Sequence record: NC_048016.1
Reading direction: 5' to 3' (one strand)
DNA length: 64,000 bases
Position numbers and translations under genes: made by a program. The notes beneath the pieces are model-generated. The model searched no databases. It was given only the letters and a program-made list of their open reading frames with translations, and was not told the origin of the DNA. Shown piece after piece: positions 9,804 to 19,386 of the stretch (position 1 is its first letter; each line of letters begins with the position of its first letter).

Positions 9804-11294
9804 ATGGCAGGTCCAGCTAACCAAGTAGTGGGTGAGGTAATCCGCCCTCGCTTTAACGTCTATACCATCATGGACCACGCTTTAGGTGGTTACGAACGCG
9901 GTTCGGATGGTCTGTATTACCTCAATGGTGGCTTTGCACACATCATGGGCTTCTCAGGTCGTGGTAACAGCTTTAAGAGTACGTTGCTCGACTTCTGTAT
10001 CTTCCAAATAATGTTGCGCTACCGTGCAGCGTGGGGCTCTAAATACGACACCGAAGTTTCGGCGGCATTAGACCGTCTGGAAACCGGCTACCGTTCCGCC
10101 CAGCGTGCATCCGGTATCGAAGATGGCACCAGTGTGCTGTCCATGATTGACGAAGGTCGTTATAACTTCGTGGCGTCTGATATGTTGCCGGGTGAGCAGT
10201 ATTACTCCGAATACATCCGTAAAGAAATCGAGAAGCGCTTCGCCGATTACGTCAAGAAGAAAGACGTGCGTGAGTCGCCGTTCCCAGACCCGGTTCGTCG
10301 TCAGAACAAAATGATGCTCGACCCGTGGTTCTATACCATCGATTCCCTGTCTGAATTCCACACGTCTGATATCGAAGGCAAACACGCCAAGACCGACGTG
10401 GGTGATTCCGATCAGAACATCCTGAACGCCCACGACTCCCTGCAGAAATCGAACATGATGGGACGTTGGCCATCTGGTCTGGCACGCGGTCACATGTACA
10501 TGGGCTTCGTTGTGCATCTGGCCGATGACATGGGCGGAGCCATGAAGAACGGCGGTAAGCCGTCTGCGGATAAACTGCTGGACGATATCTCCGGCGAGTT
10601 GAAATTCTCGAACGTTCCACGTCGTGCGATTTCCTTCTTAACGAACAGCCTGATTGTTGCCACCAAAACCGGTGAGCTGAAAGCAGACAGTTCGTACGAT
10701 GCGAAAACCGCGACCAACGAACCGATGTACCCAACGGCCCGTAGCCGTACCATGAACTCGTCAGCCAATGACTTGAAACTGGTTCGCTACACGCAGTTCC
10801 GTGCCAAGGGTGGTCCAACCGGTGTTAAGTTTGAGCTTATCTTCTCGCAGTCGCTGGGCTTCTTCTATCACTTATCCCTGTGGCATTACATCTCTAAAAC
10901 GCTGAGCACCGACTACGGTTACACCCGTACAGGCGCTAACTATGAGCTCCACATCTTACCGGGTGTTAAGTTCATGCGTACCACGATTCGCGACATGATT
11001 GATGAGAACCCGCGTCTGCGTCGTGCGTTAGAGATTACTGCGGCCATGGCTTACATGCGTAACAACTTCCACACGCTGGAACTGAAGTACGCTGATGTGA
11101 CGCCTGACCTGTTGTACAAAGCCATTGCTGATAAAGGATGGGACTGGGACGAAATCATGGACAAGACAGTGGAATTCTGGATGTTCAAAGACCAAGAAGA
11201 GAAGGGCGGGAAACGCACGCTGACAGCTATGTCCTTACTGGCCATGGCAGTTGATGATGATTGTGTTCCTAAATTCCTGACTCGCAAAAAGTAA
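9804..11294 (+). CDS. uvsX: UvsX/RecA-like recombinase
   Basis: Walker A GFSGRGNSFKST, Walker B YTIDSLS; size and position match phiKZ-family UvsX. Confidence 0.8.
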   Translation: MAGPANQVVGEVIRPRFNVYTIMDHALGGYERGSDGLYYLNGGFAHIMGFSGRGNSFKSTLLDFCIFQIMLRYRAAWGSKYDTEVSAALDRLETGYRSAQRASGIEDGTSVLSMIDEGRYNFVASDMLPGEQYYSEYIRKEIEKRFADYVKKKDVRESPFPDPVRRQNKMMLDPWFYTIDSLSEFHTSDIEGKHAKTDVGDSDQNILNAHDSLQKSNMMGRWPSGLARGHMYMGFVVHLADDMGGAMKNGGKPSADKLLDDISGELKFSNVPRRAISFLTNSLIVATKTGELKADSSYDAKTATNEPMYPTARSRTMNSSANDLKLVRYTQFRAKGGPTGVKFELIFSQSLGFFYHLSLWHYISKTLSTDYGYTRTGANYELHILPGVKFMRTTIRDMIDENPRLRRALEITAAMAYMRNNFHTLELKYADVTPDLLYKAIADKGWDWDEIMDKTVEFWMFKDQEEKGGKRTLTAMSLLAMAVDDDCVPKFLTRKK

Positions 11295-11337
11295 CCCTAC
11301 GCGGGGTGGCGTGTACCACCCCGTATTGGAGGAAACG

Positions 11338-11634
11338 ATGCAGTATCAACGAGTCATTATTCAGCGCCTTGAACAGGGCTTGCGTGGCATTGATCCGAAT
11401 GCTGCCGATGCTCTGGTTGCGCACTTTGCCGCACCTGCGGAATCACTCGGGACATTTTGTCCTCAGGTGGTTTCCTTTTACCAGAACTTACTGCGCGAAC
11501 GTGGTATCCCGGATGTCTGGGGTTATCCGTCTGTGCCTGAAAACAACGAAGCCATCGCGTATTGGATTGAGGACTTAGAGAATACCGCTCTGCCTCACTT
11601 GCGTGTTGCCCGTCAGTTTCAAACTGCGTCATGA
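11338..11634 (+). CDS. Hypothetical protein
   Basis: GGAGG RBS before ATG 11338; ATGA overlap with next gene. Confidence 0.75.
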   Translation: MQYQRVIIQRLEQGLRGIDPNAADALVAHFAAPAESLGTFCPQVVSFYQNLLRERGIPDVWGYPSVPENNEAIAYWIEDLENTALPHLRVARQFQTAS

Positions 11635-12302
11635 AGCTCAACCCAGTACGTCGCAAGGCGGCGGAGAAATTCATACTGGAATTGCTGAACCTGATTGACA
11701 CCTCCGGCATCAATGCCAATGCCATGGCGAAAGCCTTTACGCGCATGACCGATGAAGAGTTTGCCACCATTCCGACCAAGGGTATCCCGATTTACAACCC
11801 GGCCGGTAGCAAAGTTCAAATCGACCACATGCGAAACGTAGAGATTGCCAAAGCGTTGGGCTTGGACATGAACCAGCGTATGTGGTTCACCGACTCCAAA
11901 ACCGGGCTTAAGCACCGTACTCGACACCCTCACCTTTATTTCCCCGTGCCTGCTCGTCGTCAGACGCAGATGCAGGAGAAGAAGATGGCGGTGGCGAAGA
12001 ACGACAAAGTGCGTGACAAGCTTTCCGGTCAGGTGGTCGGCCCATCTAAAGCCTCTGGGGTCTCTTTCCCCGAAGCGTACGTGATGTTTGCCGATGGTCT
12101 TGATGAGACCCTGCAAGAGTTCCTGCACGCGCGCGGTGGTAACGATGCACTTCAACGTGCGTTCTACCAATCTATTCGCCAAACCGGCCAAGGTCGTATC
12201 CACATTGAAGGGGCTGAGCGTACGAGTGCGAAGAGCACCCGAACGTGGAGTGCCTACTACAAACAGATGCACATTGGCAACAACCTCGGACGACCCCAAT
12301 GA
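11631..12302 (+). CDS. rpoB: Virion RNA polymerase beta subunit, C-terminal part (phiKZ gp149-like)
   Basis: RDKLSGQVVGPSKASGVSFPEAYVMFADGLDETLQEFLHARGG resembles the beta C-terminal conserved region. Confidence 0.75.
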   Translation: MKLNPVRRKAAEKFILELLNLIDTSGINANAMAKAFTRMTDEEFATIPTKGIPIYNPAGSKVQIDHMRNVEIAKALGLDMNQRMWFTDSKTGLKHRTRHPHLYFPVPARRQTQMQEKKMAVAKNDKVRDKLSGQVVGPSKASGVSFPEAYVMFADGLDETLQEFLHARGGNDALQRAFYQSIRQTGQGRIHIEGAERTSAKSTRTWSAYYKQMHIGNNLGRPQ

Positions 12303-13027
12303 AATTAACTCGCCGCATCTTAGCGGACATTGATGTGTTCTTTGATACACGACTGGGACATGTCAAGGCCACTCAGCCTGAAAAGCTCGCGCTCTTGGAT
12401 GAGCAAGCTTACGTGAAGCGTTTTACGGAAGCATGGGCGGCGGTTATTGGTATTGAAGACTGGGCAACCTCGTACCGGTCACGAACTAAAGCGGCTTTGA
12501 TGAATGCAGAGCCGACGCCTTTGTTACATGTAATGAAGGATTACATCGAGCGGGAGCTGTTGACGATTGCACTCTCCTCGCCGATAGAGAAACCTGAACT
12601 CACGATTAACCTTTGGCCGTACACGGACTTAACCGAGAGCGAACGTCAAGCGTTCTTGGACATGTTCCGTAAGTTCTACAGCAGCGTCAAAGTCACACTC
12701 GTGTGCGAAAGCTATACGCGCCTAACACCAGGGCGTTTACGTGCGGCATGGGATGCGTGGTATACGTACGATTGGTTCTTGTGGATTCGACAGAACGTTA
12801 GTGAATTCCAGACCTCGCGTATTCCGGATTTCGTGATTAACCGTCCGAGCCTCTTAACCGATGAGCTCACCGAAGAGACGGTAGCCACAATAAAAAAAGA
12901 CCGAGCCAACCCCTTTGTGGAGTCGACCCGGTTTATGGCGGAATACGTCACGTTAGACGTATTTGATACAGCGCTGTTTAGTCGTCGTCCTCATCAATTG
13001 GACGCTGAGAAAACGCCGTCCGCATGA
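12299..13027 (+). CDS. Conserved jumbo-phage protein with HAD-like N-terminal DxD strand
   Basis: ILADIDVFFDT near N-terminus; ATGA overlap at 12299. Confidence 0.6.
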   Translation: MKLTRRILADIDVFFDTRLGHVKATQPEKLALLDEQAYVKRFTEAWAAVIGIEDWATSYRSRTKAALMNAEPTPLLHVMKDYIERELLTIALSSPIEKPELTINLWPYTDLTESERQAFLDMFRKFYSSVKVTLVCESYTRLTPGRLRAAWDAWYTYDWFLWIRQNVSEFQTSRIPDFVINRPSLLTDELTEETVATIKKDRANPFVESTRFMAEYVTLDVFDTALFSRRPHQLDAEKTPSA

Positions 13028-13451
13028 TTGCCTCGACGTCCACTTGTGAGCCGACCGGTGACAGTTCTCCGTCTTTGTGTGCCACACTTGGCAGCACAGG
13101 GATTACAGGACGGTAACCGGTATCGCCGCCGGGGGCGTCGTGGCGCTGTATTTTTGCACCTGCTTTACCTGTGACCCACTGGTTCAGGGTGTTCGCCACA
13201 TCGCTGCTGATTTCGTTGGCCTTCTGTGCTGTGGCAATACGGCGCATGGTCAGGATTTGTTTGTCCATCCCGTCCGCCAATTTTGCCAGCGAGTTGACCG
13301 CCTTGGGATCAGTACCCAAGTCTTTGATGTTCATTACCTGATTCAACGCAAACATACGCGCCAGTTGTGTAAAGCGGAGCGCATCGTCCTCGTTAGTAAT
13401 GTCACCATTAAAGCCGACAATCACCTCGGCAGGGGTTTCTTCTCCGCTCAT
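12978..13451 (-). CDS. Hypothetical protein
   Basis: GAGG RBS before MSGEE (13451). Confidence 0.7.
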   Translation of the reverse strand: MSGEETPAEVIVGFNGDITNEDDALRFTQLARMFALNQVMNIKDLGTDPKAVNSLAKLADGMDKQILTMRRIATAQKANEISSDVANTLNQWVTGKAGAKIQRHDAPGGDTGYRPVIPVLPSVAHKDGELSPVGSQVDVEAIMRTAFSQRPIDEDDD

Positions 13452-13476
13452 CGCGTACCTCTTCAATCAGGTTTCA

Positions 13477-13496
13477 GATAGATGTTATCAAAGTGA
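13477..13496 (+). promoter_or_regulatory. Class 1 (early-type) phage promoter
   Basis: GATAGATGTTAT-caaa-GTGA (one mismatch). Confidence 0.65.
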
Positions 13497-13532
13497 GATA
13501 TATCACACTGAGGTAATTATGTTTTAGGAAAA

Positions 13533-14063
13533 TTGACCATGTTAAACTGGCTTTCGCGTGTTATTAAATCAAAGGCTTTTAAACGCCGCAGAAGCATGTT
13601 AGAGGCCGAGTACCATAAGAATACCCCTAACAGGCTGAACCGGGTACTGATAGGCTTAGAATTGCTTACAGCCCCGCTTGAGTATAATGGCAATGCGTAC
13701 CTGCCGCTGTCGCTGCAAGGTACCCTTGACATGCGTACTCAAACCATGGACATCCTCACGGCCCGCCTTGAGTTCTTGTACATGGAGTATAACCGTGTGT
13801 TGGCGTCACCGGGTTCGTACCCGGAATGGTCTACCCTGCCGTCGAGCTTGTCAAAGAAACTTGACACCGATGAACAGAAATGGCTCGATGATTATTTTCA
13901 GACAGCACGTGAAGACGTGGTGCGTGAGAAACTCATTCGGCCGTGGGTAATCCTCACCTCGTTCAAAGAGAATGAAAGTGAGAGCCCAGAACGGGATGTG
14001 TTTTTGAACCAAACATCACACATCCTGCGCGAGTTAGAAACCATAGTGGAACACTATCTCTAA
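13533..14063 (+). CDS. Hypothetical protein
   Basis: 176-aa ORF, AGGA RBS. Confidence 0.75.
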   Translation: MTMLNWLSRVIKSKAFKRRRSMLEAEYHKNTPNRLNRVLIGLELLTAPLEYNGNAYLPLSLQGTLDMRTQTMDILTARLEFLYMEYNRVLASPGSYPEWSTLPSSLSKKLDTDEQKWLDDYFQTAREDVVREKLIRPWVILTSFKENESESPERDVFLNQTSHILRELETIVEHYL

Positions 14064-14097
14064 CTTAATCCATCCGCTCCTTGGAACAAGGTGTAAA

Positions 14098-14925
14098 ATG
14101 GGAAAGATATCAGACTTTATCCTTAACGGGCCACCGGAAGATACCCCTGCGGGTGTTGAGCTTCGGTCGGCTTACTGGAAGCTTGTTAACCTTATGCCGA
14201 TATCCCATTCGGACTGGAAGATACTCGCACAGCAATACGTCGAGAGTCCCCAGTACGTTGGGAAGTCAACCGCTGAACCCCGCGAACGTTTAGGTCGACT
14301 GGCGAATGCCTTGTCGGGCGGTAACGTCAAAGGGCTGAGTGTTGACTTTACGTGGAAACGTTTCATCGAAGGCTTGGTGCTGGTTAATGTGGAAACACTG
14401 ACCATGTCCATCAAAACCTACCGGGGACGTTTCGAAGACGCACGACTGGCCAAAGGTTACTGTCATCCGCAACGTGACTTATTACGCACTCTTAACGGTG
14501 AAGATGATGAGGACTTGCGAGGCAGCGCTTCTGATGCGTTGAACCTTTACTTTCAGAACACGCAACAGACCGCTGAGCAGGTCATGGAGCATATTCTGTT
14601 AAAGGTCTTGTGGTCGTTGTTTGCGGCGTATGGTATCACGGAGTCGCAGTGGCGACAGCTCGTGGCCAAGTACGTGAACAACCCACAGAACTGTCCACAG
14701 ATTACCAGCCGACGAAGTGACCGTCGGCATAACCTGCAACAGTCTATTCGCCACACCAAGAAGCTCAGCTGGAAACGTTTCTTAGAAGCGCTGAAAGCTA
14801 TCGATGTGCGGAAGTTCGAATGCACATTCTTAACCCACGTGCCGGGACAACCGGATGTGGAAGTTTACTTCGAGGTTGACATCACCACACTGTCTTTCAG
14901 GAGTAATAAGAATGAACCCGAGTGA
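14098..14925 (+). CDS. Hypothetical protein with internal two-fold repeat
   Basis: Two copies of W..L...YV..PQ...WKRF.E.L. Confidence 0.75.
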   Translation: MGKISDFILNGPPEDTPAGVELRSAYWKLVNLMPISHSDWKILAQQYVESPQYVGKSTAEPRERLGRLANALSGGNVKGLSVDFTWKRFIEGLVLVNVETLTMSIKTYRGRFEDARLAKGYCHPQRDLLRTLNGEDDEDLRGSASDALNLYFQNTQQTAEQVMEHILLKVLWSLFAAYGITESQWRQLVAKYVNNPQNCPQITSRRSDRRHNLQQSIRHTKKLSWKRFLEALKAIDVRKFECTFLTHVPGQPDVEVYFEVDITTLSFRSNKNEPE

Positions 14926-16252
14926 TTCGAGTTTAACGGGGCGGATCTCCAAAGTGCAATCCGCCGCCACCGATCGTGTCAATCAGGTGGGCAACGCTGC
15001 GGACCGTGTGCAGCAAGGTGCTCAGCAGGCGGTCTCCCGCGTCACCAATACCGTTGACAGTGCCGAACGTGGCATTAAGAATGCGGCCGACACAGCGACT
15101 GGACTTTATGACAAAGCAGGCGAAACGTTTAATAAACTCAGCGATGGGGCATCGACACTGGGGTCGAAAATCGGCAATCTCTTTGGCGGTGGGGACATCG
15201 CTAGCACTGGCGGGACTAAGACCGCCGGGTCTGGACCCAGTGGTGCATCTCCGGGAAATAAAATCCCCGGATTCGCATCTGACCCGAAGAAAGTCCTCCC
15301 CAGTATTGACCCGTTAAAGCGTGAAGTCGAAAAGCCGTTTGAGGCGGCGAATAGCCAGGCGAAGAGTGCTCTGGATTACCTTAAGCCCAGCAAAATCTCC
15401 AGCTTGCTTGGCGAAGGCTTTAGCACCCTTACCACCTTGCGTGATAAAGGATTGGCGGCAGTCGGCACCGACTACGCGTCAGTGAAATCCCGCATTGAAC
15501 AAACCATGAACATGGCCGGTCAAATCTCACGTCTCCCCGGAGAAGTGCAGCAAGAGATTAACGGCTACGTGAGTGATTTCAATCAGGCGAAGTATCAGGT
15601 GCAGTCCGTTGTCGATGGTGCCAAGCAGACGTTCAACTCCTACAAGGACTTGGATGACTATCTGGCGATTGACAACTTCATCAACAGCTTCAAAAGCTCG
15701 AGCTCAGATTCCGGCTACGGGGGTTCGTATTCCGTACGGGACGTGGGCACGACCACGGCCTTGGTGTATGGCTTGTCCAGTAAACTGGCGACCTACAACT
15801 TGCCACAGAAGATCACCCCAATGGTTGAGTCCATTGCAGACCCTGCGATTCAGGCACAGATGTACCGTGAGTTAACGGTGCAATCCTCAGCCTTGGGCAG
15901 TCTGACCTCGGTGGAATTCTACGTCTCGAAACTCACCGAGAGTGACAAGGCGTTGATTTCTGCAGAAGTGATTGTGAACCTGTTGATGAATCTACAGACA
16001 GAAACCAACCCACCGTTTAAGAGTTACGGTACCCGGTTGCTGTCCCTATTCACCGCATTGGATAGTCGCTGGGATAAATCTGATGTGGTTGGCCAAACGG
16101 ATTCGATTGAGCTCTACCCGTACACCTTCTGTAACGTGAATGCTATTCAGTCGTTGTTGACCACTGAGAAGCGTCCGTTTGTGTGTGCAGCCGGTGACCT
16201 CAGTTACCAACGTGCCGACACATTAGTTAACCGCTTCTTTCCTGTCTTTTAG
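14912..16252 (+). CDS. Probable virion (tail/baseplate-associated) protein with low-complexity A/G/S/T N-terminal half
   Basis: AGGAG RBS before ATG 14912; role inferred from composition and synteny. Confidence 0.6.
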   Translation: MNPSDSSLTGRISKVQSAATDRVNQVGNAADRVQQGAQQAVSRVTNTVDSAERGIKNAADTATGLYDKAGETFNKLSDGASTLGSKIGNLFGGGDIASTGGTKTAGSGPSGASPGNKIPGFASDPKKVLPSIDPLKREVEKPFEAANSQAKSALDYLKPSKISSLLGEGFSTLTTLRDKGLAAVGTDYASVKSRIEQTMNMAGQISRLPGEVQQEINGYVSDFNQAKYQVQSVVDGAKQTFNSYKDLDDYLAIDNFINSFKSSSSDSGYGGSYSVRDVGTTTALVYGLSSKLATYNLPQKITPMVESIADPAIQAQMYRELTVQSSALGSLTSVEFYVSKLTESDKALISAEVIVNLLMNLQTETNPPFKSYGTRLLSLFTALDSRWDKSDVVGQTDSIELYPYTFCNVNAIQSLLTTEKRPFVCAAGDLSYQRADTLVNRFFPVF

Positions 16253-16261
16253 GATACGTAG

Positions 16262-17302
16262 ATGACCAAACCTGTAGACTTCGACGACCCTCAGGCAAAA
16301 GCTGTACTGCGTGACCTCATCCTTGAGATAAGCGCGATGCAGAACCTGACCGGGGACGATAGTGTGCCGCGGTTGCTGAAACGGTTATACCACGATCAGC
16401 TCTGCGGTGTAAATCCAGCGGTTTTCGATACCAGCCTGCATGTGGCGGAACGCATCGGGGCGTACCTGATTGGTGCGAACGACGTCCGCTTTGGGGTGGC
16501 CATGGCAAACCGCTACGGCTTTATGTTAGGGCCGGAAGCTGCACACCGTTATGACGTAATGAAATTCCCGGGCGATATTCGTCTGGACTTAATCGGTGAG
16601 GTGCGGGATGACTTTATTCGTTACCTGCGCAACATCGGGGGCGTCCCTAAGAACACCGCCATTACGGTACCCATGGATGGGGTGAATCACCTCAACATCT
16701 ATTCACGCAGTCGGGTGGTGCTGGGTCGCAAAATCAGTAACTTCTGGCAAGACGAACAACCCTTTCGCACGCAGCACGGGGAGTTCGCTACCCTCGAAGG
16801 GTATTACCACGTACTGCGGTTGATTGACTACGCCTACACTCAGCACGACCTTGCGTACAGCGTTGAGAGTGACATGTATCTCTTGGACGTCTTGATTCGC
16901 CGCTACCCGGGCATCCATCGACTCATCCACATGGACGGGTTGGAAGCCATTGCGTACGGTCGCAAGATAAAGTCGGAAGTGTATGGCGGCACCGCGTATA
17001 AACCGGGGGCGTTCTCACCCCACATCGAACGTTGCTTTGTTTGGGCCATGGCGGGTAAGTTCCATCAGGTCAAAATGGGCGACGGGACACCGTGTGGTGT
17101 GCGGGTTGCTGAATTGGTTCACGCCCACGTACCGCTGCTGCACTATTATGTGAAACACGACGGCCCTAAAACGCCGGCGTTTGCAGAATGGTTGCCAAAC
17201 ATCTGCCAATGGTTAGGGGAAAATATCGACCCGTTCGATAACGACTTTGACGTGGCGGCTTTACAGCAGAAGGTACTGAGCGAATATGAGCCGATTGGGT
17301 AA
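16262..17302 (+). CDS. NADAR-like (T4 gp30.3-type) domain protein
   Basis: HLNIYSRSRVVLGRKISNF...PF...GEFATLEGYYH resembles the phage NADAR signature. Confidence 0.55.
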   Translation: MTKPVDFDDPQAKAVLRDLILEISAMQNLTGDDSVPRLLKRLYHDQLCGVNPAVFDTSLHVAERIGAYLIGANDVRFGVAMANRYGFMLGPEAAHRYDVMKFPGDIRLDLIGEVRDDFIRYLRNIGGVPKNTAITVPMDGVNHLNIYSRSRVVLGRKISNFWQDEQPFRTQHGEFATLEGYYHVLRLIDYAYTQHDLAYSVESDMYLLDVLIRRYPGIHRLIHMDGLEAIAYGRKIKSEVYGGTAYKPGAFSPHIERCFVWAMAGKFHQVKMGDGTPCGVRVAELVHAHVPLLHYYVKHDGPKTPAFAEWLPNICQWLGENIDPFDNDFDVAALQQKVLSEYEPIG

Positions 17303-17948
17303 TATCCTTGCCGGGATGGAGCGTGACAAAGAGGAGGGCATTCTCAAGGTCGCGCGTGAATCCGTCTCGGTTGAAAAGGAGCGGGAGTATTGCATGTGGG
17401 TGCGTCCAACCGAAGAAGGTTGGGCGTGGTTACAAGCACAAGCAGGTGAGTATCACCTTGACGTGATGATGCCTATGTTGGGGGGTCGTCGTCGGGTTCG
17501 TGTCCATGCGGACAAAGCGGAACTGACGGTGAAGACTTTCCAAGGGCAGGAGCGCGAAGAGGAGAACTCTGACATCGGGATGAAAAGCGCACTGTCGTTT
17601 TACGGGGATGAATTTTTAACCCACCTCGTGAAGCGCGTGACAATTGACCCAACCGATGAGGTCAAAGCCAGCGGCGGTAAACATTGGGACATTGATGTCT
17701 TCTACGTGAGCCAAGGCCATCCTGAAATCCCCGACGTGGACGCACTGAAAGCCCTGTTCGAGACAGTGGCCCAAGGCACCTCGTTCGGTGACTGGGTGAA
17801 AGTTGAACTCGAGGTTGAGCGGTTTGAAATGGAAAGCATCGCGGACGTTATCCCGTTTGCAGTTGCTGAGGCAGTACCGTCCAAGCCGTCTTCGCCCGAC
17901 CTTCAGGAGTTCTTGAGGAACTACTGGGACAACGAAACCCGGCTTTAA
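17286..17948 (+). CDS. CYTH/triphosphate-tunnel metalloenzyme-like protein
   Basis: EKEREY (ExExK-like), RVRV, LTVK, EEE, KR, WDIDVF and VELEV in CYTH order. Confidence 0.6.
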   Translation: MSRLGNILAGMERDKEEGILKVARESVSVEKEREYCMWVRPTEEGWAWLQAQAGEYHLDVMMPMLGGRRRVRVHADKAELTVKTFQGQEREEENSDIGMKSALSFYGDEFLTHLVKRVTIDPTDEVKASGGKHWDIDVFYVSQGHPEIPDVDALKALFETVAQGTSFGDWVKVELEVERFEMESIADVIPFAVAEAVPSKPSSPDLQEFLRNYWDNETRL

Positions 17949-17951
17949 GAT

Positions 17952-17985
17952 AGTCCCCTACTTCGGTAGGGGATTCTTTATTTTA
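17952..17985 (+). terminator. Intrinsic terminator
   Basis: CCCCTAC-TTCG-GTAGGGG plus T tract; identical 21-mer at 45882. Confidence 0.85.
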
Positions 17986-18006
17986 TTCACACCAAGGAAA
18001 ACCCCC

Positions 18007-18312
18007 ATGAAAGTTGAAGTGCATGCAACCAAGAATGGTATTGAAGTCGTGTGTCCGACGTCCCGCAAGAACGTCTTTGTGGCCATCGACAGCAGCTGGA
18101 CAAGCTGGTACAAAGAACTCCAGTCGGAGCTGAATTGTGCTAAGACTCACCACGCGGTTTTTATGCTCCCCGAACGCACCCAGTTGCGGGTTATGGTCTA
18201 TATTGCCAAAGACCGGATACCGCGGGTCTCCACCACACTCCTCGCCAACGCAGTCGGTATGTTTCTGGCCGAGCACGGCGACGAGAATACCCGGCTTACC
18301 ATTATCGAGTAA
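18007..18312 (+). CDS. Hypothetical protein
   Basis: 101 aa, AAGGA RBS. Confidence 0.75.
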   Translation: MKVEVHATKNGIEVVCPTSRKNVFVAIDSSWTSWYKELQSELNCAKTHHAVFMLPERTQLRVMVYIAKDRIPRVSTTLLANAVGMFLAEHGDENTRLTIIE

Positions 18313-18317
18313 AAGAC

Positions 18318-18348
18318 AGGCCGCCGTAGGGTGGCCTTCTTTTTTTTT
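18318..18348 (+). terminator. Intrinsic terminator
   Basis: AGGCCGCC-GTAG-GGTGGCCT plus long T tract. Confidence 0.85.
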
Positions 18349-18350
18349 AT

Positions 18351-18375
18351 TTTTACAAGTGAGACCTCTGTTATG
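18351..18375 (+). promoter_or_regulatory. Class 2 phage promoter (TTTTAC-N15-TATG)
   Basis: Exact motif upstream of the thyA operon. Confidence 0.6.
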
Positions 18376-18409
18376 TCGAAATTCCCCATTTTAAGTAACG
18401 GACGTTATA

Positions 18410-18811
18410 ATGAATAAGATTGAATACAAAGACGGCGAAGGTGCCTTCATTAACGGCGTATTGATTCCGAACTCCCACAACGGGCATTGGAAAGACGCAG
18501 CATTTGCTCTGGCCACCGGTTTCAACATGACCATCACCAACGAGCTGTCTCTGAACAATTCGCTGGATGCCATCACCAAGGGCGGTTGTTTTCGTATCAA
18601 CGCAGAAGCGGCGGGTGCGCTGTTACAGAATGCGGACTTCACCAGCGGCATGTACGCCTACCGTCAGTTGGGTATTCTGCGTACCCTGTCTGGTAAGCAT
18701 ATCGGGCAAGGGCATCCGCCATCCACTTTCAAGCCGAACTCCATTGTCCTGGTCAGCTACTTCAGTGACCGCGAAGAGATGTTGGGCTTCAATGTTATCT
18801 GGGGTATCTGA
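18410..18811 (+). CDS. Hypothetical protein
   Basis: 133 aa, coupled (TGATG) to next gene. Confidence 0.7.
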   Translation: MNKIEYKDGEGAFINGVLIPNSHNGHWKDAAFALATGFNMTITNELSLNNSLDAITKGGCFRINAEAAGALLQNADFTSGMYAYRQLGILRTLSGKHIGQGHPPSTFKPNSIVLVSYFSDREEMLGFNVIWGI

Positions 18812-19386
18812 TGACTGACTTTAATCCCGTAGCCGTTGTTCGCCAAGTCGAACAGTGGAACGACCGTGCCTTGGTTTACCAGTTCGGTAACATCCGTCAA
18901 CAAATCACCAAATACTACCGCATGTTGGGCATGGTTGCGGAAGGTGTGCAGAAGATGGACAGTCTGTTGGTCTCAGCGGGCGTAGGACAGGCTGTAACGA
19001 CGTTAATAGGTGTCCTCGGGTTCTACTCGCGTAAAACGGACATCCCCGTAGAAGCCGTTACAGAGGTCGTGCTGCACTCTGCCCTGAATAACATCCCACC
19101 GGGCATGAAATACGGCAACGACTATAACACGATTCTGTTTGAGCACAACAAGGCTATCACCCAGTTGTTCGATGCCCTGCTGGCCAACGAGCAGGAGAAG
19201 CAGCGTCAGGACATCGTGTTCTACTCCAAGCTTGCAGAAGCACTGGCGTTGTTGCTGTCGATTGCCACCGCCAAAGACATCATCGTGACCCGCAGCATTC
19301 TGAATGCGGTGAATAAACTCGAAGCGACTGAGGGCGTGATGAACGAACTCGGTCAGTTTGTCAAAACAGTGACAGGAAACAAATAA
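18811..19386 (+). CDS. MazG-like paralog lacking catalytic acidic residues
   Basis: Aligns by eye to the MazG domain of 21588-22970, with EEDGE replaced by RMLGM and DGVGD by AGVGQ. Confidence 0.6.
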   Translation: MTDFNPVAVVRQVEQWNDRALVYQFGNIRQQITKYYRMLGMVAEGVQKMDSLLVSAGVGQAVTTLIGVLGFYSRKTDIPVEAVTEVVLHSALNNIPPGMKYGNDYNTILFEHNKAITQLFDALLANEQEKQRQDIVFYSKLAEALALLLSIATAKDIIVTRSILNAVNKLEATEGVMNELGQFVKTVTGNK

